Shown here: piece by piece, positions 26,573-36,677 of the stretch
How positions within the stretch are numbered: the first letter of the stretch is position 1
How the letters are laid out: the number at the start of each line of letters is the position of its first letter
Assembly (NCBI GenBank): GCA_963719225.1
Contig: CAVRAY010000002.1
Coordinates: forward strand, 544,001 to 608,000
DNA: 64,000 nt
Source: Thermoanaerobaculia bacterium
Lineage (GTDB): Bacteria > Acidobacteriota > Thermoanaerobaculia > UBA5066
Reading direction: 5' to 3'
Program-made: the position numbers and the translations under genes
The notes under the pieces: model-generated
The model's input: only the letters and a program-made list of their open reading frames with translations
What the model was told of the DNA's origin: nothing
Databases searched by the model: none

Positions 26573-29191
26573 ATGCGCACCGCTCCCGCACGAGCCGTAA
26601 CACTCGCCGGAATCGTCGTCGCGGCGGGCGCCCTTCTCGGCGCGAGGCCGGCGCGGCGGTCGCCGCTCGCGGTCTCGATCCCGAACCCGATTCTCTTCGT
26701 GACGCAGATGCCCGTGCCGGGCGACTTCACCACCGTCGCGTCGGTGTTCGGGAACGCGTCGGGCGGCCTCGAGGCCGCGCCGCGCGGCGGCGACCTGTGG
26801 ATCCAGTATCCGGACGGGACGAAGAAGAACCTGACGCAGCTCGCGGGCTACGGGCAGGCGGGCTCGCAGGACGGCGCGGGCATCGCGGTGCGCGAGCCGT
26901 CGGTCCACTGGAGCGGCACGAAGGCCGTCTTCTCGATGGTCGTCGGCGCACCCTCCGCGCAGTACGCACAGGGGACGTGGTTCTGGCAGCTCTACGAGGT
27001 GACGGGCCTCGGCGAGGCGGAGGTGCCGGTCATCACGAAGGTCCCGAACCAGCCCGCCGGCTTCGACAACGTCGCGCCGATCTACGGCACGGACGAGCGG
27101 ATCCTCTTTGCGTCCGACCGGCCGCGAAACGGCGCCGCGCATCTCTACCCGCAGCTGGACGAGTACGAGGAGGCGCCGACGGTGACGGGCCTCTGGAGCC
27201 TGAACCCCGCGACGGGCGACCTCAGGATGCTGAACCACTCGCCGAGCGGCGTTTTCTCGCCGACGATCGACTCCTTCGGGCGCGTCGTCTTCACCCGCTG
27301 GGACCACCTGCAGCGCGACCAGCAGGCCGACGGCGACGGCCCGTCCGGCCCTTTCGACCAGGCGAACCCGTACGGCACGTTCAACTACGCCGACGAGTCG
27401 GCCGGGGCCGCGAAGCTCGCGACGCGGGCCGAGGTGTACCCCGAGCCGCGCGCGGCGAGGCCGGACCTTCTCGCCGGGACGAACCTCGTGGGGCACTCCC
27501 TGAACCACTTCTTCCCGTGGCAGGTCCGCGAGGACGGCACGGAGGAGGAGACGCTGAACCACATCGGGCGGCACGAGTTGCACGACTACTTCAGCCGCGT
27601 CTTCGACGACGACGGCAACGTCGTGGACTTCATCTCGGCGACGTCCGGCCGCGTCAACGCGAACGGCATCCAGAACTTCCTCGAGATCAAGGAAGACCCG
27701 ACGACGCCCGGCCGCTTCTTCGGGATCGACGCGCCGGAGTTCCAGACGCACGCGGGCGGGCAGATCGTGCGGATGGACCTGCCGGTCGGCCAGCACCCGG
27801 ACCAGATCGCGGTCGGCTACGTGACGAACCGCGCGACGTCGAGCCCGCGCCTCGACACGGACCCGGTGCCGCCGGGACATTCGGGCTTCTACCGAAATCC
27901 GCTCCCGCTCTCGGACGGGATGCTTCTCGCCGTCCACACGTCCGAGACGCGCGCCGACCTGAACGAGGGCACGCGCGCGGCGCCGGTCTCGCGGTACGCG
28001 TTCCGGATCCAGTCTCTCGCTCCGGTCGGCGACGGCACGCTCACGGCGAGCCAGACGCTCACGACGGGGATCGTGAAGAGCGCGTCGTACTGGGATCCGG
28101 ACGTTCGCGTGACGTACACGAACGCGACGCTCTGGGAGCTCGATCCCGTCGAGGTGAAGGCGCGCGCGAAGCCCGTGGCGCCGCCGTCGACGCTGCCCGG
28201 GCCTGAGTCGGCGATCTTCACGCAGGAAAACGTGGATCCCGTCGCGTTCAGGGCGTGGCTCGCGCAGCGGAACCTCGCCGTGATCGTGAGCCGCGACGTG
28301 ACGACGCGCGACGCGCTCGACAGGCAGCAGCCGTTCAACCTCCGGATCGCCGGGACGTCCCACCAGACGGCGCCCACGGGCGGCAAGCTCTACGACGTCG
28401 CGCACATGCAGCTCTTCCAGGCCGACCAGATCCGCGGCGTCGGGGGCACGGCGAGCCCGCGGGCCGGGCGCCGCGTCCTCGCGCAGGTGATGCACGACGC
28501 CGTGGCCCTCGGCACGAACCCCGTGAACCCCGGCGGGCCGACCGGCAGCGTGCGGCTCGGCAACGACGGCTCCATGGCGGCGTTCGTGCCCGCGCACCGC
28601 GCCGTCACGTGGCAGATGACGGACCCGGCCGGGACGCCCGTCGTGCGCGAGCGTTACTGGCTGACGTTCCAGCCCGGCGAGGTGCGCGTCTGCACGTCGT
28701 GCCACGGCCTCTCGAGCCACGACCAGATGGGACGTCCCGAGCCCGTGAACCCTCCGGAGGCGCTGCGGCAGGTCGTGCGCTATTACCGCGACGTCCTGAA
28801 CCCGGCCTCGACCCCCGTCGCGTCGAGCTTCTACACGCTTCCGCCGTGCCGTCTCCTCGACACGCGCAGGCCGGCGGGCCCGCTCGGCGCGCCGGCGCTC
28901 GCGGCGTTCGGCCAGCGCGTCGTCACGCTCACGGGCGCGTGCGGCGTTCCGTCCGGCGCAACGGCGCTCGCGCTGAACGTCACGGTGACGCAGACGCTCG
29001 GCGCGGGCTCTCTGCGCCTCTATCCGGGCGACAGCGTGCCGACGTCCGCGACGACGATCTCGTTCGCGCAGGGCGCCACGCGCGCGAACAACGCGCAGGT
29101 GAGGCTCGCGCCGGACGGGAGCGTCGGGATCTCGAACGACGCCGGCGGCGCCGTCCACCTGATCCTCGACGTCTTCGGGTACTACCGGTGA
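26573..29191 (+). CDS. secreted hydrazine-synthase-alpha-like protein with CxxCH and C-terminal domain
   Basis: TolB-like N-terminus; DGSMAAFVPA...WQMTD..G..VVRERYWLTFQPGEVRVCTSCH; PCRLLDTR..HLILDVFGYY tail. Confidence 0.8.
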   Translation: MRTAPARAVTLAGIVVAAGALLGARPARRSPLAVSIPNPILFVTQMPVPGDFTTVASVFGNASGGLEAAPRGGDLWIQYPDGTKKNLTQLAGYGQAGSQDGAGIAVREPSVHWSGTKAVFSMVVGAPSAQYAQGTWFWQLYEVTGLGEAEVPVITKVPNQPAGFDNVAPIYGTDERILFASDRPRNGAAHLYPQLDEYEEAPTVTGLWSLNPATGDLRMLNHSPSGVFSPTIDSFGRVVFTRWDHLQRDQQADGDGPSGPFDQANPYGTFNYADESAGAAKLATRAEVYPEPRAARPDLLAGTNLVGHSLNHFFPWQVREDGTEEETLNHIGRHELHDYFSRVFDDDGNVVDFISATSGRVNANGIQNFLEIKEDPTTPGRFFGIDAPEFQTHAGGQIVRMDLPVGQHPDQIAVGYVTNRATSSPRLDTDPVPPGHSGFYRNPLPLSDGMLLAVHTSETRADLNEGTRAAPVSRYAFRIQSLAPVGDGTLTASQTLTTGIVKSASYWDPDVRVTYTNATLWELDPVEVKARAKPVAPPSTLPGPESAIFTQENVDPVAFRAWLAQRNLAVIVSRDVTTRDALDRQQPFNLRIAGTSHQTAPTGGKLYDVAHMQLFQADQIRGVGGTASPRAGRRVLAQVMHDAVALGTNPVNPGGPTGSVRLGNDGSMAAFVPAHRAVTWQMTDPAGTPVVRERYWLTFQPGEVRVCTSCHGLSSHDQMGRPEPVNPPEALRQVVRYYRDVLNPASTPVASSFYTLPPCRLLDTRRPAGPLGAPALAAFGQRVVTLTGACGVPSGATALALNVTVTQTLGAGSLRLYPGDSVPTSATTISFAQGATRANNAQVRLAPDGSVGISNDAGGAVHLILDVFGYYR

Positions 29192-29235
29192 AGGGCCCTT
29201 CCGGCGGAGCCGGGCGGCGTAATAGATCGCCGTGG

Positions 29236-29760
29236 GTGCGCGAACCGAAGTTCCACCTGCGGTTTCCCGTGTCGTCCGTCGAGAGGTGGGCGGCGCGGTT
29301 CTCCGACGCGTCGGAGTCCTTCATCGAGACGGAGGTCGCGCCCGCGGTGCGCCGGCAGGGCTACCTGACGCGCGAACAGTTCCTCGGAATCGCCGAGTGG
29401 AAGACGGCGCGGTCGCGGCCGCGCTGCGAGAGGAACGAGGAGGAGTTCGTCCGGGAGGTGACGCGTGCGGCGCTCGCGACCACGGACGAGCGGTTCAAGA
29501 TCCACGCGCTCCGGCTCCTCGAGGGCGTCGAGTGGCCCACGGCGTCCGTCATCCTCCACTTCTGCGACCGCGGCCGGTACCCGATCCTCGACGTGCGCGC
29601 CCTCTGGTCCTCGGGCCTCGACGGGTCGCCTTCCCACTCGTTCGGGCTGTGGACACGGTACACGGAGTTCCTGCGCGGGGCCGCGGAGAAGGCGGGCGTC
29701 TCGATGCGCACGCTCGACAAGGCGCTCTGGCAGTACTCGAAGGAGAGACAGGGAAGCTGA
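29236..29760 (+). CDS. HhH DNA-glycosylase-like hypothetical protein (start may be 29188)
   Basis: EWKT...LEGVEWPTASVILHF...YPILDVRA. Confidence 0.7.
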   Translation: MREPKFHLRFPVSSVERWAARFSDASESFIETEVAPAVRRQGYLTREQFLGIAEWKTARSRPRCERNEEEFVREVTRAALATTDERFKIHALRLLEGVEWPTASVILHFCDRGRYPILDVRALWSSGLDGSPSHSFGLWTRYTEFLRGAAEKAGVSMRTLDKALWQYSKERQGS

Positions 29761-29781
29761 GAGCGGCGCGGCGCGGGACGC

Positions 29782-30039
29782 CTAACGCGCCGCGCGGCGG
29801 TACGTCGCCGAGAGGCGCGCCTCGGCGAGGACGTGGCCCTCCATCGCCGCCTCCCCGGGCGCGCCGGCGACGGCGAGAGGCGGCGAGAGGTTCTCGCCGT
29901 CGCACGTGTGGCGCTCCGGGATCGCGCCGCCCGGCGCGAACGCCGGCGACGTGAGCGCCATCCCGTGGCTCCTGTCCTTCGCGGCGCAGGAGACCGCGAG
30001 AAAGGGGAGAAGGAGAAGGAGCGCGGCAGGAGAACGCAA
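29782..30039 (-). pseudogene. YbhB/YbcL (PEBP) lipoprotein with central deletion
   Basis: LTSPAFAPGGAIPERHTCDGENLSPPL joined directly to AMEGHVLAEARL; core DPDAP/GPxPP missing. Confidence 0.75.
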
Positions 30040-30071
30040 CGGGCCATTTTCGCCGAGGGCGCCTCCGCGTC

Positions 30072-30467
30072 CTAGCGCTCCGGGGCCTTCTGCACCACGA
30101 GGCCGAAGGCGTGGTAGCCGGCCCCTTCCGAGACACGCATCGCGCGGCGCACCTCGGACATCCGGAGGCGGCCGTCCGCGAAGAGGACGAGCTCCTTGGC
30201 GGGCGTGCGCTCCCGGATCTCCTTCAGGCGGTCGCCGAGGAGCGATTCCTCGATCAGGGTGTCCTCGAGCCAGAGGTCCCCGCGCTCCCCGATCGCGACC
30301 TTGACCTGCCGCGACCGGTCCTTCCGGCCCTCGTCCGGGTGGGTGGTGCGGGGCAGCGTCACGCGCTCGACGATCATCGGCGTGACGACCATGAAGATAA
30401 TGAGCATGACGAGGCACACGTCGACGAGCGGCGTGACGTTGATTTCGCAGCGAGGCCTGTCGTCCAT
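30072..30467 (-). CDS. ExbD/TolR-family protein
   Basis: EINVTPLVDVCLVMLIIFMVVTPM. Confidence 0.9.
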   Translation of the reverse strand: MDDRPRCEINVTPLVDVCLVMLIIFMVVTPMIVERVTLPRTTHPDEGRKDRSRQVKVAIGERGDLWLEDTLIEESLLGDRLKEIRERTPAKELVLFADGRLRMSEVRRAMRVSEGAGYHAFGLVVQKAPER

Positions 30468-30667
30468 CGCGTCACCTCCATCACGGGATCGACGGGGAGA
30501 CCCCGCGGAGGCCGGAGAAGTTCCCGGAACGTCGTCGCGCCTCGACGAAGTAGGGACCGGGAAAAGTCAGGACCGAGCGGGGGGCGGAGGCACCCTCGCC
30601 GACCACGCGACTTTCTCGTAGGCGCCGGGGAAGGCGAGACAGACGCGGCGCAGGCGGTCGAGGACGT

Positions 30668-31246
30668 TCATCTGCGCAGGGCAACGCGCGAGAGGTCGGC
30701 ACGGCCGAGCTTGCCCTCGACGCCTCGTGCGGCGGCGACGAGCTGGGCAACGCGGTCCGGGGCAGGCGTGGGCGTCTTCGTGGGCTGGAGGACGACCAGC
30801 GTCTGCCTATTCTGGAGAGGCGATCGCTCCAGCGCCTTCGCGTTGTTGATCGCCTTCATGCTTTTCATGATCGCCCTCAGGTCTTCCTGCGCCGATCTGG
30901 ACGCGGCCATCAGGACGAGGAAGCAGAGCGCCTCGATGTCGGCGCCTTCCATGCTCCCGAGGGCGGCCCAGGTCGTGGCCTTCGTCCTCTCGACCGTGCC
31001 CGCGTGGGGAGGGGAGATGCCGAAGTGCGCGCGGACGGTCGCCCGGAGAGCCGCGGCGTCGATCGGGCCCGAGGCTTTCGCGAGGCGCGCGCCCTCCTCG
31101 TGCACCCAGGCGAGCACCGCCGGCGATGCCGTGCGCGACGTCGCGTCGGCGCGGGCCTGAAGGTCGGCCGGGATGGTCGTCGCGCGCATGGAGAGCGCGG
31201 GCAGGAGAAAGGAGACGCCGAGGGCTTTCGCGAGCCGCAGCTTCAT
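30668..31246 (-). CDS. secreted hypothetical protein
   Basis: Signal peptide; DIEALCFLVLMAASRSAQEDLRAIM; resembles 57209-57763. Confidence 0.7.
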   Translation of the reverse strand: MKLRLAKALGVSFLLPALSMRATTIPADLQARADATSRTASPAVLAWVHEEGARLAKASGPIDAAALRATVRAHFGISPPHAGTVERTKATTWAALGSMEGADIEALCFLVLMAASRSAQEDLRAIMKSMKAINNAKALERSPLQNRQTLVVLQPTKTPTPAPDRVAQLVAAARGVEGKLGRADLSRVALRR

Positions 31247-31325
31247 GTCCGAATCCTATCGCGACGACGGTGCTCGCCGCAGACCGCCCACCGTCGCGGC
31301 GAACCGGCCTAGACTCCAGGCGCTC

Positions 31326-33728
31326 ATGACGACGTCCGCTCCCGGCGGCCTCCCGCCCGACGGGGATCTGACCCTCGACCGCGACCCGTCGCGTCCGCCG
31401 GCGGATGCGGGCGGTGGCGCGTTACCGCGCGAGATCGGCGGGTTCCGCATCCTCGGAAAGCTCGGCGAGGGCGGAATGGGAATCGTCTACGAGGCCGAGC
31501 AGCGGAGCCCGCACCGGCGGGTCGCGCTCAAGGTCGTCCGCGCCGGGCACTTCGTCGACGACCAGTACCTGAGGATGTTCCGGCGCGAGACCGAGACGCT
31601 GGCCCGGCTCACGCACCCGAACATCGCGGCGCTCTACGAGGCGGGGCGCACGGACGACGGACAGCACTTCTTCACGATGGAGCTCGTCCTCGGCGAGACG
31701 CTCGCCGCGTGGGCGAAGAAGCGCCTCGGCGGCGACGCGCCGAGCCCCGCCGAGACGCGCGAGCGCCTGCGCCTGTTCGTCACGATCTGCCAGGCCGTGA
31801 ACTACGCGCATCAGCGCGGCGTGATTCACCGCGACCTCAAGCCCTCGAACGTCGTCGTCACGGACGCGGGCCCGAAGATCCTGGACTTCGGCCTCGCGCG
31901 CATCACGGATGCGGACGTGGCGGCGGCCACGGTGATGACCGAGGTCGGCGCGATCCAGGGGACGCTTCCGTACATGAGCCCGGAGCAGACGCGCGGCGAC
32001 AGCCGCGACATCGATCTCAGGACCGACGTCTACTCGCTCGCGGTCATCCTGTACGAGCTCGTCTCCGGGACGCTCCCATACCCGACGCGCGGCATGTCGG
32101 TCGTGCAGGCGATCCGGAACATCTGCGAGGAGCCGCCGAGGCCCCTCGACGTGGACGCGGACCTCTGGACGATCCTCGCCAAGGCGCTCGAGAAAGAGCC
32201 GGACAGCCGCTACCAGAGCGCCGCGGCGCTCGCCGAGGACGTGGAGCGGTACCTCGGGAACCAGCCGATCCTCGCGCACCCGCCGAGCACGGTGTACCAG
32301 CTGAAGAAGCTCGTCGCGCGCCACCGCGGCATGGTGGCGGCGGCGGGGGTGATCGCCGTCCTTCTCGTTGCGCTCGGTGTCACGATGGTCGTGCAGGCCG
32401 GGCGCGTGAGGAAAGAGCGCGACCGCGCGGCGGCCGAGGCCGCGAAGGCGGGCGCGATCGACTCGTTCCTCCTCGACGCGCTCGGCGCGGCCGACCCGTG
32501 GTCGAAGGGCTCGCGCAACGTGTCGCTCCTCGACGCGCTCAAGCAGGCGCAGGACAAGGCGAGGACGTCGTTCGCGACGCAGCCGCTCGTCGAGGCGTCG
32601 GTGCTGCAGACGATCGGCACGACGTTCTCGAACCTCGCCGAGTTTCCCGAGGCGGAGAAGGCCCTGAAGGCGTCGCTCGACCTGCGCGTGAAGGCCGCAG
32701 GGGCGAAGAGCGCCGAGGCCGCCGAGGCGCTCTCCGCCCTCGCGCAGATGTATTCGACCTGGAAGAAGTTCGACGAGGCCGGGAGGTACGCCCACGAGGA
32801 GGTCGAGATCGTGCGCGGCCTTCACGGCGCCGGGAGCCTCGAGGCCGCCGCGGCGCTGAACGACGTCGGGACCGTGCTCATCGGAGAAGCGAAGCTCAAG
32901 GACGCGAAGGCGACCGCCGACGAAATGCTCCGGATCGTGCGCGCTCCCGGCGCCGCTGGAGAGCCGAAGGCGGCGAAAATCGAGGCCGACGCGCTCCTCC
33001 TCCTGTTCACGGCGGCCATCGCGGAAGAGGATTTTCCGAAGGCTCTCGCGCTGGCGCGCGAACGTCTCGCACTCCTGAAGAAGAGAGTCGGCGACCGCCA
33101 CCCCGACGTCGCGATGGCCCTGAGCGACCTCGCTCTCGGCCAGATGTACACGGGTGACCTCACCGGCGCCGAACGCACGTATCTCGAGGTCCTCGACCTG
33201 GAGGTCGCGCTCCTCGGGCCGGATCACCCGGAGGTCGCAGGCGCCCGGGAGAACCTCGGGAACGTGTATTTCCGGCAAGGCCAGCTCGACAAAACCGCGA
33301 AGAACCTCGAGGTCGTCCTCGCGATGCGCCGGAAGGCGCTCGGCGACGACTCGGAGCCCGTCGCGCGGACGCTCGCGAACATCGGGACCGTCTACCTGCG
33401 CGCCGGAAATTACGAGGCCTCCGTGAAGAGCTATCTCGAGGCGGTCGAGCGTTTGTCGCGGAAGCTCGGGCCGGAGCATCTCGACGTCGGCACGACGCTC
33501 ACGGGCATGGGCCAGGCGTACCGCAAGCTCGCCAGGTTCCCGGAGTCCGAGGCCGCGTTCAAGCGCGCGCTCGCCATCCAGGTGAAGGCGCTCGGCGAGG
33601 ACAACGCGGCCACGCAGAGGACGATCAACGCGCTCGCCGGCCTCTACACGGACTGGAAGAAGCCGGCGCTGGCGGCGGCGTTTAGAGCGAGGCTGAAGCC
33701 CGTGGAAACGAAGGCCGCGGCAAAATAG
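31326..33728 (+). CDS. Ser/Thr protein kinase with TM helix and TPR repeats
   Basis: LGEGGMG, VALK, HRDLKPSN, DFGLA, YMSPEQ; GPDHP-type TPRs. Confidence 0.95.
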   Translation: MTTSAPGGLPPDGDLTLDRDPSRPPADAGGGALPREIGGFRILGKLGEGGMGIVYEAEQRSPHRRVALKVVRAGHFVDDQYLRMFRRETETLARLTHPNIAALYEAGRTDDGQHFFTMELVLGETLAAWAKKRLGGDAPSPAETRERLRLFVTICQAVNYAHQRGVIHRDLKPSNVVVTDAGPKILDFGLARITDADVAAATVMTEVGAIQGTLPYMSPEQTRGDSRDIDLRTDVYSLAVILYELVSGTLPYPTRGMSVVQAIRNICEEPPRPLDVDADLWTILAKALEKEPDSRYQSAAALAEDVERYLGNQPILAHPPSTVYQLKKLVARHRGMVAAAGVIAVLLVALGVTMVVQAGRVRKERDRAAAEAAKAGAIDSFLLDALGAADPWSKGSRNVSLLDALKQAQDKARTSFATQPLVEASVLQTIGTTFSNLAEFPEAEKALKASLDLRVKAAGAKSAEAAEALSALAQMYSTWKKFDEAGRYAHEEVEIVRGLHGAGSLEAAAALNDVGTVLIGEAKLKDAKATADEMLRIVRAPGAAGEPKAAKIEADALLLLFTAAIAEEDFPKALALARERLALLKKRVGDRHPDVAMALSDLALGQMYTGDLTGAERTYLEVLDLEVALLGPDHPEVAGARENLGNVYFRQGQLDKTAKNLEVVLAMRRKALGDDSEPVARTLANIGTVYLRAGNYEASVKSYLEAVERLSRKLGPEHLDVGTTLTGMGQAYRKLARFPESEAAFKRALAIQVKALGEDNAATQRTINALAGLYTDWKKPALAAAFRARLKPVETKAAAK

Positions 33729-33752
33729 AGCCGGACGATCGTTCGAGGAGCC

Positions 33753-34475
33753 GTGGAAAACGTCAGCGTGAACAGGGGCCTCCTGATCGGGATCGGGGCG
33801 GTGGCCGCCGTGTCCCTCCTCGCGCTCGCGTTCGTGCTCGGGCGCGAGTCCGGATCCGGCGGCGTCCCCGCGCCGCGGGCGAGGATCGAACGCGTCGCCC
33901 CGCGCGCAGGGCAAGCCGCGCCGCCGACGCCCCGGACGACCGCCGACCGGGCGGACGCGCAGCCAGACTCCCCGTTCGTGCCTCCGACTCCGGGACCGGA
34001 CGCTCCGGCGCGGGCCGCTGCGGGCGAGGCCCCGGCTCCTGTCGGCGGCGATCGAAACGGCACCGGGTTCGAGGCGGAGCGGGCGTCCGTCGCGGCGTAT
34101 TTCGAAGCGGTCGACCGCATCCAGCTGGGGGCCGTGAACGGCCAGGCGGAGGGCATCGCGAACGAGATGGCGGCGGCGCTCGCGAACGGCGACACGTCGG
34201 GTCTCGACAGGATGATTCGCGACGCGGAAGCGGCGAAGGCCGGTCTCTCGGCCGTCGCGCCGCCCCCGCCCTGCGCGACCCACCACCGCGAGACCGTCGC
34301 GAGCCTCGACGACGCGATCGACGTCCTGCGCTCGCTGAAGGTGGCGATGGAATCGTCCGAGCCCGCGGCCAGGCTCGCGGACGTCTCCGCGCGCGCCACG
34401 ACGCTGCGGACGCGCGCGGACGCGCTCGAGAAGGAGGAGCTCGCGCTCCGCGAGCGTTACGGCCTGAAGCGCTGA
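33753..34475 (+). CDS. membrane-anchored hypothetical protein
   Basis: N-terminal TM, Pro-rich linker, helical domain; RBS GAGGAG. Confidence 0.75.
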   Translation: MENVSVNRGLLIGIGAVAAVSLLALAFVLGRESGSGGVPAPRARIERVAPRAGQAAPPTPRTTADRADAQPDSPFVPPTPGPDAPARAAAGEAPAPVGGDRNGTGFEAERASVAAYFEAVDRIQLGAVNGQAEGIANEMAAALANGDTSGLDRMIRDAEAAKAGLSAVAPPPPCATHHRETVASLDDAIDVLRSLKVAMESSEPAARLADVSARATTLRTRADALEKEELALRERYGLKR

Positions 34476-34648
34476 GTCGGGGATGCGGGCCGATCGCCCC
34501 CTGGGCGGCGGCGAAGTGCGTCGGGGCGGGGCCTTCACGGTGAAGCCCACCGGGAGGCCGGGCCCGGTCCTTTCGAAGGTCACGAAAGGGAGACAAAGCT
34601 GTCCCTTCCGCCCTCGATTCGTCGAAACAGGGAGAGGGGATCTCCGAC

Positions 34649-35464
34649 ATGAAGAGCCTTCGTATCCTCGCCGCCGCGGCCCTGATCTCGGGGAGCCTCC
34701 GGGCGTCCGAGCCCAAGGCGCCGCCGCCGCCGGTGGCCAGGCCCGTCGCCGCTCCGGCGGCGCTGGCGGCGACGCTCAAACCCGACCTCCGCATCTCCCT
34801 GGTTCCGACCAACGGCATCGGCCCGGTATACGACTTCGTGATCGAGAACGTGGGGAACCTGCCGGCGAAGGAGTCGACGATTCACTTCTGGGCCTGGCCG
34901 CCGTGTCCGGGAGCGATGCTGGCCGCGAGCGTCGATCCGGGGAAGCTCTTCAAGAGCGAGCCGCTCCGGGCGCTCCCCGTGACGACGCATCCGTCCAACG
35001 CGTTCCACTACTCGGTCCAGATGCCGGAGGGGTACCGCGGGTGCCGGCTCCGGACGGTCGTGGACGCGAACCACGTGATCGACGAGCTGAGAGAGGACAA
35101 CAACGAGGCGTCGGTCCAGACGGCGCCGCGGCCGCGGCCGGACCTCGAGGCATGGGTGACCCAGAGCAGCCCGGACGCGTGGAGGGGCACGATCCTCATC
35201 ACGAACAAGGGAAACGCTCCGTCCCCGCCGTGCGTCCTCATGGCTTATTGCAACGCCCAGAAGGTGAATGTCGGTGCGGGCGACGCCTGGCCGTGCGGCG
35301 GCAACGGCCCCTCGAGGACGTGGACGTTCGATGTGCCGCGGCTCGAGCCGGGTAAGAGGTTCGAGATGCAGACGCCGGTCCAGGTGAAATGGCTGTCGAT
35401 TCGGGTGGACACGGTGAACCAGGTCGACGAGTCGGACGAGAAAAACAACACGTGGCCCCGCTGA
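34649..35464 (+). CDS. secreted CARDB-domain protein
   Basis: PDL...IENVG...VDANHVIDELREDNN twice. Confidence 0.85.
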   Translation: MKSLRILAAAALISGSLRASEPKAPPPPVARPVAAPAALAATLKPDLRISLVPTNGIGPVYDFVIENVGNLPAKESTIHFWAWPPCPGAMLAASVDPGKLFKSEPLRALPVTTHPSNAFHYSVQMPEGYRGCRLRTVVDANHVIDELREDNNEASVQTAPRPRPDLEAWVTQSSPDAWRGTILITNKGNAPSPPCVLMAYCNAQKVNVGAGDAWPCGGNGPSRTWTFDVPRLEPGKRFEMQTPVQVKWLSIRVDTVNQVDESDEKNNTWPR

Positions 35465-35776
35465 CATCCACGGGACGTCGCCGCCGCGAGAGGCCTACTG
35501 CGGCGCGAGAGGCGGCGGGGCGGCGCCCTCGAAAGCGCAGCGAAGAACACGAGGGGCGAGAACGGCGGCGCGCCGCGCGTGCCCGGCGCCGCGACCGTCG
35601 AGTGAGGACCGCGACCGCGAGGTCCCGCGACGGCTGGATCGCGACGAGGGCGTATGCGCACGCGAGCGGTAGCGCCGTGAGAGGCGACTCTGCGGAGTGC
35701 ACCCCCGATAATCGGCCCGCGGCACGTGTCCCTTCCCGCCCCGCTTCGCCGAGTCCGGAAAGGAGGGGAGCCCGCC

Positions 35777-36574
35777 ATGAAGAGCCCGTGCATCCTCGCC
35801 GCCGTCGGCCTTGCCTCCATGAGCCTCGCGGCCTCGGAACAAGCGAAGGCGCCGCCGCCCTCCTCGAAGGCGATGCCTCCGCCCGCGGTCCTGGCCGTGC
35901 CCTATCGGTCGGACCTCAAGATCACCTTCAAGCCGCACAACGGGTACGGACTTCTCTTCGACTTCGTCATCGAGAACGTCGGAAACCTCAAGTCGAAGGA
36001 GACGGACATCCAGTTCTGGGTGAGGCCGCCGTGCCCGAGGCCGGACGTCCAGGCGAGCCTCGGCTCCGGGAAGCTGATCAAGTCGGGGAAGGTCAAGGCG
36101 CTCGTCGTGACGACGTCTCCGAACTATGCCTTCCACTACTCGTTCGAAATTCCGGCCCCTATGCTGGGCTGCGCGATCAAGGCGGTCGTGGACCCCTCTC
36201 ACACGCTCCTCGAGTCGAACGAGAACAACAACGAGGTGACCGTCCAGACCGCTCTCCCGCCGGTGGCCGATCTCGTCGTCACCTACTGGAACGGCCAATT
36301 CAAGGTCAAGAACATAGGCAATGCCGCCGCGGGCGCGTCGACCGCACGGGTGGAGTGCGCGAGCAACCAGCAAAGCCACCCGTGCGATCCGCAGGGCGGG
36401 TCGAGCCAGAAGACGTGGAATTACAACGTTCCGGCGCTGTCTCCGGGCCAGGCGCACACCTTCGGTTCGCCGCTCGCGGACCAGTACGCGCAGTTCCTGC
36501 ACGTCGTCGCCGACGCCCAGAACCAGGTGCCGGAACTCAACAAGGGCAACAACACCTGGTGGGGCAGCCACTGA
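35777..36574 (+). CDS. secreted CARDB-domain protein (tandem paralog)
   Basis: DFVIENVGNL..VDPSHTLLESNENNN; colinear with 34649. Confidence 0.85.
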   Translation: MKSPCILAAVGLASMSLAASEQAKAPPPSSKAMPPPAVLAVPYRSDLKITFKPHNGYGLLFDFVIENVGNLKSKETDIQFWVRPPCPRPDVQASLGSGKLIKSGKVKALVVTTSPNYAFHYSFEIPAPMLGCAIKAVVDPSHTLLESNENNNEVTVQTALPPVADLVVTYWNGQFKVKNIGNAAAGASTARVECASNQQSHPCDPQGGSSQKTWNYNVPALSPGQAHTFGSPLADQYAQFLHVVADAQNQVPELNKGNNTWWGSH

Positions 36575-36677
36575 CCCGCCATGCGGAAGGGTGCTTCTGC
36601 TCCGGGTCCGACATGACGATGATCCCGGCGGGCACGCGTCTCGTGCCCGACGATGCCCGGGATGTCGGCGCGGGGAC

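Noticed and set aside
26573-29191. Evidence for anammox metabolism
   Set aside because: Only an HZS-alpha-like domain protein; no beta/gamma subunits or other anammox genes nearby
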